DNA of 64,000 nt, from contig JAXLQJ010000003.1 of the NCBI GenBank assembly GCA_046331705.1, positions 62,001-126,000 of the forward strand. Direction: 5' to 3'. The position numbers and the translations under genes were made by a program. The notes beneath the pieces were generated by a model. The model was not told the DNA's origin, did not search any database, and was given only the letters and a program-made list of their open reading frames with translations. Of the stretch, positions 29,560 to 39,208 are shown one piece after another. Each line of letters starts with the position of its first letter. The first letter of the stretch is position 1. Source of the DNA: a bacterium (GTDB lineage: Bacteria; JADJOY01).

Positions 29560-31281
29560 TCAGGGGACGAGCACCTCGCCCTCGGTGTTCGCGAGGGCGA
29601 ACGCCAGGATCTCGTCGCAGACGCCGTTCCCACCCGCGTTCGAATCGTCCGCCAAGAGCAGGTCGAAGTGCGTGTAGCTCGGGAAGATCCGCACCCGGAA
29701 CGCGTCGTCGCTCGAGCGCGGACGACCGTTGCGCGCCGGATCGGCGACCGCGCGGCGGACGGCCTCGTGAAGCTCGGCACGTGGCGCCATGCCCGCGCCG
29801 CCGCCGAGCGAGAGGATCGGCACGTCGATGCGCGCGGTGTGAAAGAGATCCAGGCCGTATTCCGCCGACTGCCAATCCCCAGGCCGGATCGTGCTCAGCG
29901 ATCCGAGGGCGTTGCCATCGAGCATCGGTCGGGCCGCGAAGTACCACTCGGTGTAGTTGCTGGGGCCGCGCCAGAGCGCCTCGGCGAGCCGGGTCAGATC
30001 GGTGAGCTCGGGCTTGCCTTGGCCCGCGGCGCTCGTCGCCAGCTCTTCGCGATCGCTCCAGCGGTACTCCACCTCGGGATCGACGAGGGCGAAGCCGGGA
30101 TCGAGGAAGAGCGGGATCGGCGGGAAGGCACGACGCACGACCCGATCGGCGGGATCGACGAATCCGGCGCTCACCTGGAGTGGGTTCCAGGGCTGGAAAT
30201 CGTCGTCGAAGATCATCCCCAAGAGCGCCTCGTTGGTCAGCCCGAGATCCCGGTAGGTGGGTGGCAGACCGAGCCATGCGTCCGGCAGCCCCTGCGCGAA
30301 GAGCACGTTCCAGAGCGACTCGATCCCCGGCGTGGACGGCAGCGCCGCGAGATCGACCTGGCCCGCCGGCCCATCCGTGGAGTCCGCGGGGTCGTCGAAG
30401 TGCGGATGGGCACGCATCGCGACGATCTCGGCGAGGGCGAGCGCTTCGGGATTGAGCATGGGCAGCAAGCCGTCGTAGCGCGGCGAACGGCCGTCGCGAA
30501 TGGCCGCGAGCCGGGCGGCGTACTCGTCGCGCCCGAGGCTCGGCGGCGACGCGAAGATGGGCGCGTCGACGAGAACGCTCGCGGCCACCTGCTCGAAGCC
30601 AGCGTCGCCGGTGGTGGTCGCGTCGCCATCGAAATCCCAGCCCAGGAAGTCGAGCGCGTGCACGACCCCGAGGGAATGACCGACCAGCACCACGTTGGTG
30701 CGACGGCGCTCCGCCGGAACCAGCGCGATCGCCGCCATCAAGTCGCGCACCACGACGCCGATCCCCCACTCGCTGAGATACGGAACGTCGGCCTGCTCGA
30801 GAAAACCGGCGAAGCGCCGCCCCGCGACCTCGGCACCGTGGAAGTAGTAATCCTGCGCGAGCCGCGCGCTGCCGACACGCTCGGCCTCCTCCAGGCCAGT
30901 GAGATCCTCGAGGCGGTTCGGACGCCGCTCGAACGCCCACACCTCCACCGCGCCGTCGCTGCGCTGCAAGAGCTCGCGCGCCAGCAGATCGAAGTCGCTG
31001 GCGCCGGAAGCGATCCCCGGCACCATCACGAGAATCGCGCGCACCGGCTGCCCCGCCGTCAGCCGATAGCGGTAGAACACGGCGTGCGCTAGCTCCGCGG
31101 GCGTCGCGTCGGCGGTGACGGGATTGGGCGGGATGGGCGGCGGAGCGGTGCTCGTTGGCTCGGCCACCACGGCCAGCGCACCGCGTTCCGGGGCGCGGGA
31201 CGGATTCGCGCCGCAGGCCCACGCAGAGGCGAGCAGCAGCGCCGCGAGCGCCGCGCGCGTCGGTCGCGGGGAGATCGCCAT
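29560..31281 (-). CDS. Alpha/beta-hydrolase fold lipoprotein
   Basis: Lipobox-like AWACG, VMVPGI, nucleophile elbow VGHSLG, C-terminal YTHFDL. Confidence 0.78.
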   Translation of the reverse strand: MAISPRPTRAALAALLLASAWACGANPSRAPERGALAVVAEPTSTAPPPIPPNPVTADATPAELAHAVFYRYRLTAGQPVRAILVMVPGIASGASDFDLLARELLQRSDGAVEVWAFERRPNRLEDLTGLEEAERVGSARLAQDYYFHGAEVAGRRFAGFLEQADVPYLSEWGIGVVVRDLMAAIALVPAERRRTNVVLVGHSLGVVHALDFLGWDFDGDATTTGDAGFEQVAASVLVDAPIFASPPSLGRDEYAARLAAIRDGRSPRYDGLLPMLNPEALALAEIVAMRAHPHFDDPADSTDGPAGQVDLAALPSTPGIESLWNVLFAQGLPDAWLGLPPTYRDLGLTNEALLGMIFDDDFQPWNPLQVSAGFVDPADRVVRRAFPPIPLFLDPGFALVDPEVEYRWSDREELATSAAGQGKPELTDLTRLAEALWRGPSNYTEWYFAARPMLDGNALGSLSTIRPGDWQSAEYGLDLFHTARIDVPILSLGGGAGMAPRAELHEAVRRAVADPARNGRPRSSDDAFRVRIFPSYTHFDLLLADDSNAGGNGVCDEILAFALANTEGEVLVP

Positions 31282-31440
31282 CGTCGGCTCGGCGCGATCG
31301 CGGGGTGGCGGGCGCGGCTGCGGGTGCCTCGCCACGCGCGCCGTCGCCGGTGTTGCTCACGCTGCCCGATTCTCGGCGGGTGTGGCGTGAGCTAGGTCAC
31401 GTCGGCGCGTTCAGGCAGCCGATCGTCGGCGCCGCGCGCC

Positions 31441-32655
31441 TCAGGCGAGCTGGAACTCGTCGGCGAGCAGCTGGCGCGCGATGGTGAGCATCTGGATCTC
31501 GTTGGTGCCGCCGCCGATCTCGAGGAGCTTCGCGTCGCGCATGAAGCGCTCCACGTTGCCCTCGGCGAGATAGCCGAGGCCGCCGCGAAGCTGGATCGCG
31601 TCGAGGGCCACCTCGGTGGCGGCGCGCCCCGAATAGAGCTTGGCCGCGCAGGCATCGAGCATGGAGCGCTTTCCCTCGCGCTGCAGCCACAGCATCTGGA
31701 ACACGAAGTTCCGCACCACCGCCCGGTGCATGTACATCCGCGCCAGGATCGCCTGGACGAGCTGGTGCTCGCCGATGGGCTTGCCGAACTGGGTGCGTTC
31801 GCGGGCGTAGCGCACCGACTCCTCGATGCAGCGCTCGATGATGCCGAGCGCGAGGATCGGCGAGCCGGCGCGCTCGCCCTCGAGGATGCTCACCGCCTGC
31901 CGCTTGGAGGGGTCCTTCTCGTGACCGCCGATCAGGCGATCGCGGCCGACGCGGACGTTCTCGAGGAAGATCTCGCCAGTGGGCGAGGCGTGCATGCCGA
32001 GCTTCTTGAACGGCGAGCCGACGCTCAGCCCCGGCATCCCCTTGTCGAGGACGAAGCCGTGCACCAGTCGTGCGTCGTCGCCGCGGTCGATCTTCGCGTA
32101 GACCACCAGCACGTCGGCGTGCGGCGCGTTGGTGACCAGCGTCTTCGAGCCGTTGAGGACGTAGCCGTCACCGTCCGGTCGCGCGGTGGTGCGCATCGCG
32201 AACGCGTTCGAGCCGGTGTCGGGCTCGGTGAGCCCCCACGCTCCGATGGTCTCCATCGCCACCAGGCCGAGCCCCCAGCGCTCCTGCTGCTGGGGCGTGC
32301 CCTTGGCCATCAGCGTCTGACCGGCGAGGCCGACGCTCGCGCCCAGCGCCAGCGCCACACCCGGGCAGACCCGCGCCAGCTCGATCCCCACGATGGCGGA
32401 GAGCGCTGGATCCCGACCGCCGAGGCCCACCTCGGCTCCCTCTTGCGCCTTTCCCTCGGCGCGCTTCGCCTGTGCCTTGGCGAAGCCCTCGCGTACCAGC
32501 GCGCCCAGACCGAAGGTCTCGGACATCTTGCGCATGATCGCGTAGGGCAGCATCTCGCCCGCTTCCAGCGCCGCGACGTGGGGCTCCACCTCGCGCTCGC
32601 AGAAGCTGCGGGCCAGATCGCGAACCATGCGGTGCTCCGGTGTCCACTCGAACAT
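31441..32655 (-). CDS. Acyl-CoA dehydrogenase (isovaleryl/long-chain type)
   Basis: AWGLTEPDTGSNA, LNGSKTLVTN, KLGMHASPT, RTQFGKPIG, RDAKLLEIGGGTNEIQ. Confidence 0.95.
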   Translation of the reverse strand: MFEWTPEHRMVRDLARSFCEREVEPHVAALEAGEMLPYAIMRKMSETFGLGALVREGFAKAQAKRAEGKAQEGAEVGLGGRDPALSAIVGIELARVCPGVALALGASVGLAGQTLMAKGTPQQQERWGLGLVAMETIGAWGLTEPDTGSNAFAMRTTARPDGDGYVLNGSKTLVTNAPHADVLVVYAKIDRGDDARLVHGFVLDKGMPGLSVGSPFKKLGMHASPTGEIFLENVRVGRDRLIGGHEKDPSKRQAVSILEGERAGSPILALGIIERCIEESVRYARERTQFGKPIGEHQLVQAILARMYMHRAVVRNFVFQMLWLQREGKRSMLDACAAKLYSGRAATEVALDAIQLRGGLGYLAEGNVERFMRDAKLLEIGGGTNEIQMLTIARQLLADEFQLA

Positions 32656-32723
32656 GCGCGCTCCTCTCCATCGTGACGAGCCGACGGCACGGCCGCCGGC
32701 TCGATCCATCGGGTCGAGGAGAA

Positions 32724-32754
32724 ACTTAGCGTACGAACATTTGTCGTGGTAAGT
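32724..32754. promoter_or_regulatory. AT-rich imperfect inverted repeat, candidate MarR operator in the divergent promoter
   Basis: ACTTAGCGTACGAACATTTGTCGTGGTAAGT, with ACTTA/TAAGT ends and inner ACGA/TCGT. Confidence 0.5.
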
Positions 32755-32785
32755 AGTCCAGGATCGTCCCCCGCTGGAGGAGCGC

Positions 32786-33349
32786 ATGCCCCCCGATTCG
32801 AGCGAAGCAGCGCCGACCCGCGCCACGAGCGCTCCGCGGCGTCGTGCGCGCGGCAGCGCTCGCGAGCGCCGCCCACGCCGCGCGGGCGCGTCCCCCGAAC
32901 GCCCGTCCGTGGACCGCATCGTCGAGTCGTTCGTCTACCTCTACTCCGAAGGGCGACGGCTGCACGCCGAGCAATCCGCGGCGTACGGGCTCACGTCCGC
33001 GCAGCTCGCGGTCCTCACGATCCTCCACGGTCTGGGCGGCGAGCTTCGGACCTCGGCGATCGGCGAGCGGCTGCGCGCCCACGCCAGCACCGTGACCGGC
33101 ATCGTCGATCGGATGGTGCGCGACGGCTGGGTCGAACGGGTCGCCGACGAGCAGGACCGCCGGGTGGTGCGCGTCCGTCTCACGCCGCGCGGGCGCGAGC
33201 TGGCACGGCGCGTGCCTTCGACCGCCATGGACCTGCTCCGTCGCGCGGTGGCGCGCCTTTCCACCGACGAGCAGCGCCAGCTGCTCAGCATCTTCGGCAG
33301 GCTCGGCCAAGAGCTCGCCGCCGTGGTCCAGTCCGTCGACTCCGTGTGA
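32786..33349 (+). CDS. MarR family transcriptional regulator
   Basis: GLTSAQLAVL, STVTGIVDRMVRDGWVER..DEQDRRVVRVRLTPRG. Confidence 0.93.
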   Translation: MPPDSSEAAPTRATSAPRRRARGSARERRPRRAGASPERPSVDRIVESFVYLYSEGRRLHAEQSAAYGLTSAQLAVLTILHGLGGELRTSAIGERLRAHASTVTGIVDRMVRDGWVERVADEQDRRVVRVRLTPRGRELARRVPSTAMDLLRRAVARLSTDEQRQLLSIFGRLGQELAAVVQSVDSV

Positions 33350-33374
33350 GCCGCGCACCGCGCCCGGAGGCACC

Positions 33375-34301
33375 ATGATCCGCGTCCACGTCGACCCCGC
33401 CTTCAGCGAGAAGCTCAATCGGGCCAGCGTCACCCGCCGCTGCTATCCGTGGGACGCGATCGACTGGTCGGTGCCGATCGACGATGCGCACCTCTACATG
33501 CCCGAGGAGTTCTCGTTCCTCGCCGGCACGGTGCTCTGGGAGCGGCTCGAGCCGCCGGCGCGCAGCTTCGTCACCCGCTGGGAAGCCACCCAGACGCTGC
33601 GCAACGTGGGCGTGGGCGAACACATCCTCAACCAGGCGCTCTTGGCGCTGGTGCGGCACACCAACCCCTACGACCCGGCGTGGCGCTACATGCTCCACGA
33701 GGTCGCCGAGGAGTGCCAGCACATGGCGATGTTCAATGCCTGGATCCGGATCAATCCGGACATCCGCACCAAGGGGCTCGCCGACGATCGCTGGGGGCTC
33801 GTCGCATCGGTGCTCACACCGGTGATCGCGACGCGCTTCCCGGTGCTGCTCTGGCTGCTCACGCTGCTGCTCGAGGTCGCCGGCGACGATCTCGGTCGGG
33901 CGCAAGCGCGAAACGAGTCGGGCCTGCTGCACCCGATCATCGAGCAGATGGGCCGCGCCCATCTCACGGAGGAGGCGCGCCACATCGCGTTCGCCAGGCA
34001 CTGGGTCGAGCAGGCGCTGCCACGGCTCACCCGGCTCGATCGACGGCTCCTCGCCGAGGTCGCGGAGCGGCTGGTGGACGGCATCCTGTGGCTCGGCCTC
34101 CTGCCCTTGCCCTACAGCCGCCAGCTCGAGCGGTTCGTGGCCCACGACGAGTTCCACGCCGCGCTGCGCTCGTCGCATCGCCGCGCGATGCTGCGCCGCC
34201 AGCTCGCGCCGACCGTCGAGAGCCTCGCGGAGCTGGGCGTGGTGCGCCCCGCCGCGCTGCGCCGCTGGCGAAAGGCCGGGCTCGTCGCTCGTGCCGCCTG
34301 A
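33375..34301 (+). CDS. AurF-like ferritin-fold diiron oxygenase
   Basis: IDW N-terminal motif, GE, EVAEECQHMAMF, H..EEARHIAFA. GGAGG RBS. Confidence 0.88.
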   Translation: MIRVHVDPAFSEKLNRASVTRRCYPWDAIDWSVPIDDAHLYMPEEFSFLAGTVLWERLEPPARSFVTRWEATQTLRNVGVGEHILNQALLALVRHTNPYDPAWRYMLHEVAEECQHMAMFNAWIRINPDIRTKGLADDRWGLVASVLTPVIATRFPVLLWLLTLLLEVAGDDLGRAQARNESGLLHPIIEQMGRAHLTEEARHIAFARHWVEQALPRLTRLDRRLLAEVAERLVDGILWLGLLPLPYSRQLERFVAHDEFHAALRSSHRRAMLRRQLAPTVESLAELGVVRPAALRRWRKAGLVARAA

Positions 34302-35808
34302 GCCGCCGGGCCGATCCGATCCGGTCACGCGCGCACGGCGCACGCTGCGCGCCGCCGCGTGCGGGGGCCTGGTCGCGACCGCGGTGTCGTGCAGCGGCGA
34401 GCCCGCGGCAGCGACGTCCGCGGGCTATCGCGTGGAGCACGGGGCAATTCTCGACGCACGCGGCCGCACGTTGATTCCCCGCGGGCTCAACTACGCCAAC
34501 GACCACAAATTCCCCGCGCCCGAGGACGGCGTGTTCCTGCCCCCGTGGGAGTCGCCACGGGACTTTTCCGACCTCGCGTCGTGGGGTCTCGATTCGGTGC
34601 GGCTGCTGGTGGTGTGGGAGGCGCTCGAGCCGGAGCCGGGGCGCTACGACGACGTCTATCTGGAGGGGATTCGCGAACGCCTCGACTGGGCGCAAGCGGC
34701 GGGCCTGGGCGTCGTCGTGGACATGCACCAGGATCTCTACGCGCGCACCTTCACCGGCGACGGCGCGCCGCCGTGGGCGGTGCTGTCGGACGGATTGCCG
34801 TTCGAGCCGCGCTCGCCCTGGTACCTCAACTTCGCCTCTCCCGCGCTGCTGCGCGCCATCGACAACTTCTTCGCCGATCGCGACGGCGTGCTGTCGCGCT
34901 TCGTCGACGCCTGGGCCCACGTCGTCGAGCGGCTCCACGATCATCCAGCGCTGATCGGCTACGACCTGCTCAACGAGCCCTTCCCCGGCTCGCTCTTCCT
35001 GGCGCCCGACGTGGCCGATCGCCACGACCTGGACCCCTTCTACCGGCGGTTGATCGCGCGCCTCGCGCCGCTCGATCGCGCGCACCTGTTCTTCGTCGAG
35101 CCCAACCCGGTGCGCACCAACGTGCTGGTGGCGGGCTATCCCACGGCGCTCGGCCCCTACGACGAGGCGGAGGGCCGGCTGGTGCTCGCGCCCCATCTCT
35201 ACGACCCGCTGGTCACCACCACGCTGCGCTACACGGGCAACGACGCGTTCATCCTCGCCGGCGTGCGCGGCGCCACGGCGGAGGCCGCGCGCTTGGGCTG
35301 GGGCCTGTGGTTCGGCGAGTGGAGCGTGTGGGACGGCCGGGTCGAAGGCGGCCGCGCGTTCCTCCACGACCAGCTCGCCGCGTTCGACGAGGCTCGCTGC
35401 GGGTGGTCGTACTGGAATCTGAGCAGGAACCCCGCCGATCTCACCTCGCCGATCCAGTCGCCCGAGCTCCTCGACGAGCTGGCTCGGCCCCAGCTCGCGC
35501 GCGTGGCCGGCGAGCCGCTCGCGATCGCGTGCGAGCCCGATCGCTGTCGTTTCGAGATCCGCGAGGTCGCCCTCGCCGCACCCACCGAGATCCGCGTGCC
35601 GGCGCGCTTCGCGACCGCCGCCGACGTCCAGGTCGAGATCGATCCGCCGCGACGCAGCGCGTGGCGATCGCCGACGGCGGGCGTCGCGGTGCTCGAAGTC
35701 TTCCCGCGCGGCAGCGGCGGCCCGGTCACGATGACGCTCGCCCGTCCCGGCGCGAGCGCTCGCGCGCGAGCCGCGCACGCCGACGAGGCGTGGAGCGTCG
35801 CCCCATGA
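34291..35808 (+). CDS. GH5 glycoside hydrolase, endoglycoceramidase-like, probable lipoprotein
   Basis: RGLN, VRLLVVWEALEPEPGRYD, VVVDMHQDLY, GDGAP.WA, YDLLNEP, APHLY, FGEW. The start is uncertain. Confidence 0.88.
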   Translation: MPPEPPGRSDPVTRARRTLRAAACGGLVATAVSCSGEPAAATSAGYRVEHGAILDARGRTLIPRGLNYANDHKFPAPEDGVFLPPWESPRDFSDLASWGLDSVRLLVVWEALEPEPGRYDDVYLEGIRERLDWAQAAGLGVVVDMHQDLYARTFTGDGAPPWAVLSDGLPFEPRSPWYLNFASPALLRAIDNFFADRDGVLSRFVDAWAHVVERLHDHPALIGYDLLNEPFPGSLFLAPDVADRHDLDPFYRRLIARLAPLDRAHLFFVEPNPVRTNVLVAGYPTALGPYDEAEGRLVLAPHLYDPLVTTTLRYTGNDAFILAGVRGATAEAARLGWGLWFGEWSVWDGRVEGGRAFLHDQLAAFDEARCGWSYWNLSRNPADLTSPIQSPELLDELARPQLARVAGEPLAIACEPDRCRFEIREVALAAPTEIRVPARFATAADVQVEIDPPRRSAWRSPTAGVAVLEVFPRGSGGPVTMTLARPGASARARAAHADEAWSVAP

Positions 35809-36467
35809 GCACCGTCGTGCAGGTTCCGGCAGCCCGGCAGCAGCAACGCGCTCGCCGCCGCGACGCCGCCAGCGGTCTCGCGCTGGTGCTCTTCTTCCTG
35901 TTCTCGGAGCCGATCCCGTTCGGTCCCCGCCTCGGTGACGCACCGCCGTTCTTCAGCGTCAATGCGTTCTTGCCCGCGGCGACGCGCGACTGGCCGATGG
36001 CGCTGCTCGTGGTGCCGTCGGCTCTCGGCCTCGCGGTCGCGCTGCGTCCGCTTCGGCGGCGCCCCTGGGATTGGCTGGGCTTCGCGCTGGTGCTTCCCGT
36101 GGTGCCGTTCTACGTGCTGGTGTGGCGCTCGCGCGACCCGCTGGCGAGCTGGTACCTGTGGCTCCTCTTGGTGGCGCCGTGGGCCGGCCTCAACCTGTGG
36201 GTCCGAAGCATCGACTACTTCTACGCCTCGTGCGTCGCCGCGCCGCTCTGGGACATGGGAGCGGCGCTCTTCGGCCTCGCCCACGGCATGGCGATCGTGC
36301 CCGAGCCCTACGCGCCCGCGGTGCCACCGTGGGTCTCGGTGGCCGTGGACCTGGCGCTGGTGGCGCTCTTCACCACGCTCTGGCGGCGCCGCGTCGACTG
36401 GGGGACGGTGCTCGGCATCGAGCGACTGCGCGCGGTCGAAGCCGCCGAGTCGCAGGAAGCGCCGTGA
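35805..36467 (+). CDS. Hypothetical integral membrane protein (about 6 TM segments)
   Basis: ATGA overlap with the GH5 stop; hydrophobic Trp/Leu-rich segments. Confidence 0.7.
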   Translation: MSTVVQVPAARQQQRARRRDAASGLALVLFFLFSEPIPFGPRLGDAPPFFSVNAFLPAATRDWPMALLVVPSALGLAVALRPLRRRPWDWLGFALVLPVVPFYVLVWRSRDPLASWYLWLLLVAPWAGLNLWVRSIDYFYASCVAAPLWDMGAALFGLAHGMAIVPEPYAPAVPPWVSVAVDLALVALFTTLWRRRVDWGTVLGIERLRAVEAAESQEAP

Positions 36468-36821
36468 CCGTGCTGGTGACCGGCGCCACCGGCTTCCTGG
36501 GCAGCAGGCTCGCGCGGCTGCTCCTCGAGTCGCGGCGGCGCGCGGGTCGCGCGAGCGCGCATTCGCCGGGGTGAGCGCCCGTACCACGTCGCGGCGCTCC
36601 ACGAGCTCGGCACACCCGATCCGGAACGGATGCGCGCCATCGACGTCGAGGGCACGCGCCACGTCCTCGAGCTCGCCGCTCGGCGCTCGCTCCCCGCGGT
36701 CCACACCAGCTCGGTGATCGTGCTCGGCCCCACGGCGGGCGCACCAGCGGAGGAGACGTCCCCGCCCACGAGCGCCCACGAGCCTCAAGTCCTGCGCGCG
36801 AGGCGTCGAAGAGATCGGTAG
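36464..36821 (+). pseudogene. Degraded NAD-dependent epimerase (dihydroflavonol reductase/HpnA-like)
   Basis: VLVTGATGFLGSRLARLL stops at 36574. Another frame carries HVAALHELG..DPERMRAIDVEGTRHVLE...VHTSSVIVLG. The middle and the YxxxK half are missing. Confidence 0.75.
36785..36812 (+). promoter_or_regulatory. Candidate sigma28 (FliA) promoter for the flagellin
   Basis: TCAAG-N15-GTCGAAGA versus consensus TAAAG/TCAAG-N14-15-GCCGATAA, about 125 nt upstream of the ATG. Confidence 0.45.
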
Positions 36822-36935
36822 CTCGGACGTCCAAGCCCCCAGGGCCCGCGCACCGAGCACATCCAATCCGCGCAGTCGCCACGCCGCCGAGGATGGCGGC
36901 CGGTGCCGCGAGCCAGCCAAGGAGGGCGGTCAGTC

Positions 36936-37757
36936 ATGGCACTTCGAGTCAACACCAACGTCGGCGCATTGCAGGCACAGCGGGCCCTGAGCCTGGTCTC
37001 CCAGCGGGTCGACACCAACCTGCAACGGTTGTCGTCGGGGCTACGCATCAACAGCGCCGCCGACGATGCCGCCGGTCTCGCCGTGAGCGAGAAGCTCGCG
37101 TCCGACAACCGGGGCTACGGCCAGGACATCCGCAACGCCAACGACGGCATCAGCCTGATCCAGGTGGGCGAGAGCGCGCTGGGCGAGATCAGCTCGAGCC
37201 TCACGCGACTGCGCGAGTTGGCGCTGCAGAGCGCCAACGGCACCCTCAGCTCGAACGACCGCATCGCGATCAACACCGAGTTCTCGGCGCTGCGCTCCGA
37301 GATCGATCGCATCGCCAAGACCACGGAGTTCTCGGGCAGCAGCCCGCTCAACAGCGCGACCACCGTCACCTTGCAGGTCGGGCTCAACTCCGGCGGCAAC
37401 AACGTCATCAGCCTCACCACGGTCAACGCCGCCGCCAGCGCGCTCGGCCTGGCCTCGCTCAGCGTCTCGACGCAAAGCGGCGCCACCGGCACCTTGGACG
37501 CGCTCAGCGACGCGCTGGAGAGCGTGTCGAGCTTCCGCGCCACGTTTGGCGCGGTGCAGAACCGCCTGCAGACCTCCATCCGCAACCTGGGAGTGGCGGT
37601 CGAGAACAGCGCCGCCGCCCAGTCGCGGATCCGCGACGTCGACGTGGCGAGCGAGGCGAGCGACATGGCGAAGAATCAGATCATCCAGCAGGCTGCGGTG
37701 GCCGCGCTGGCACAGGCGAACGTCTCCGGCCAGCTCGCGCTCAAGCTGCTCACCTGA
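36936..37757 (+). CDS. fliC: Flagellin, minimal form (273 aa)
   Basis: MALRVNTN, RLSSGLRINSAADDAAGLA, RNANDGISLIQ, LQVG, RATFGAVQNRL, SRIRDVD.A.E, AQAN..L.LL. AAGGAGG RBS. Confidence 0.96.
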   Translation: MALRVNTNVGALQAQRALSLVSQRVDTNLQRLSSGLRINSAADDAAGLAVSEKLASDNRGYGQDIRNANDGISLIQVGESALGEISSSLTRLRELALQSANGTLSSNDRIAINTEFSALRSEIDRIAKTTEFSGSSPLNSATTVTLQVGLNSGGNNVISLTTVNAAASALGLASLSVSTQSGATGTLDALSDALESVSSFRATFGAVQNRLQTSIRNLGVAVENSAAAQSRIRDVDVASEASDMAKNQIIQQAAVAALAQANVSGQLALKLLT

Positions 37758-37873
37758 TGGGTGCGCGCGCGATCGTCACCCGCTCGCGCGCCCCCCTGAC
37801 CGACGCACCTCGCCGCGGATATACCGGTCGCGCGCGGAAGCGGCAGCCACGCCGCCTCCGCGCCCTCGATCGG

Positions 37874-39163
37874 ATGATCCCGAAGCGCGCTCCCACCCCC
37901 TCGCGCCGGCCGCGCGCCGCGCGGCCCCTCGGTCTCGTGCTCGCGGCCGCGTTGCTCGCGCCGTGGTCCGCAGCCGCCGCGACCGCGGATCCGGCTCCCT
38001 CCGCCCCACCGGAAGCCGAGATCGAACGACTGCGGTCGCTCGGCTACGCCGGCTTCGATTCCGCATCCGCGAGCTCCTCCGGCGACGGGGTCGTTCTTCA
38101 CGATGCGGCGCGCTCGTACCCAGGCTACGACCTCTACACCAATCCGCGGCTCTGCTCGGCGGTCTTGATCGATGCCGCGGGCCACGAACGCCACCGCTGG
38201 TCGGCCAAGCGTTGTGGCAAATGGTTCCACGCCACGCTGCTCGACTCCGGCGTGCTCGTGGTCCCAGCCACCGACTCCGCTGCGGGCGAGACCGCCGACG
38301 ACGATCTCGCGAGCCGGCACCTGCTGGCCCTCGGCTGGTCGGGCGAGGTGCTCTGGGATCGCCCGCTCGCAGTGCACCACGACGTCGCGCCCACTCCCTC
38401 GGGCGAGCTCGTCACGCTCCTGGTCGCCAACCGCGCCGCCGGCGACATCGATGCGGGCACACCGCTGCGCGACAACCTGGTCGCCCGCCTCACGGCGCAG
38501 GGCGAAGTGGTGGACCGGCATTCGCTCTACGCGGCGCTGCGGGGTGCGGGCGTGCTCGAGCTGGGCGGCGTAGCCAAGCGGCGCGCCGGCGCCATCGACC
38601 TGCTCCACGCGAACGCGGTCCAGTGGCTCGCCGATGGGCCCGATCTCGGCCAGCCCGCGCCCGCCCGTCACCGACCGCACGTGCTCGTCACGATCCGACA
38701 CCAGGACCTGGTGGCGCTGTTGCGCTGGGACACGGGCGAGATCGTGTGGAGCTGGGGGCGCGGCGAGCTCATGGGTCCCCACGACGCGACACTGCTACCC
38801 TCGGGCCATGTGCTCGTCTTCGACAACGGATTGGGTCGCGGCTGGTCGCGGGTGGTCGAGCTCGATCCGCGCGCGCGGCGCATCGTCTGGGAATACCGCA
38901 GCGATCCACCGGATCGGTTCTTCACGCTGAGCCGCGGCTCGAGCCAGCGACTTCCCAACGGCAACACGCTGATCGCCGAGTCCGATCGCGGTCACGCATT
39001 CGAGGTCACGGCGAGTGGCGAGCGGGTGTGGGAGTTCTGGAACCCGGCTCGCAACGAGCGCGGCGAGCGCTCGTCGATCGTCCGCATGCGCCGGATCGAG
39101 CCGGCGCTGGTGGATCGGCTGCTGGGACGGCCCGCGCCGCTCGGGGCGGCGCCCGCGCCTTAG
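37874..39163 (+). CDS. Secreted arylsulfotransferase-like (ASST) beta-propeller protein
   Basis: Signal peptide, YPGY.LY, VHHD, DLLHANAV, IRHQD, PHDA, VFDNG, QRLPNGNTLI.ES. Confidence 0.82.
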   Translation: MIPKRAPTPSRRPRAARPLGLVLAAALLAPWSAAAATADPAPSAPPEAEIERLRSLGYAGFDSASASSSGDGVVLHDAARSYPGYDLYTNPRLCSAVLIDAAGHERHRWSAKRCGKWFHATLLDSGVLVVPATDSAAGETADDDLASRHLLALGWSGEVLWDRPLAVHHDVAPTPSGELVTLLVANRAAGDIDAGTPLRDNLVARLTAQGEVVDRHSLYAALRGAGVLELGGVAKRRAGAIDLLHANAVQWLADGPDLGQPAPARHRPHVLVTIRHQDLVALLRWDTGEIVWSWGRGELMGPHDATLLPSGHVLVFDNGLGRGWSRVVELDPRARRIVWEYRSDPPDRFFTLSRGSSQRLPNGNTLIAESDRGHAFEVTASGERVWEFWNPARNERGERSSIVRMRRIEPALVDRLLGRPAPLGAAPAP

Positions 39164-39208
39164 CGGGTCCCCGAGCACATCCACTCGACGCGACCCACCG
39201 CTGCCGGA

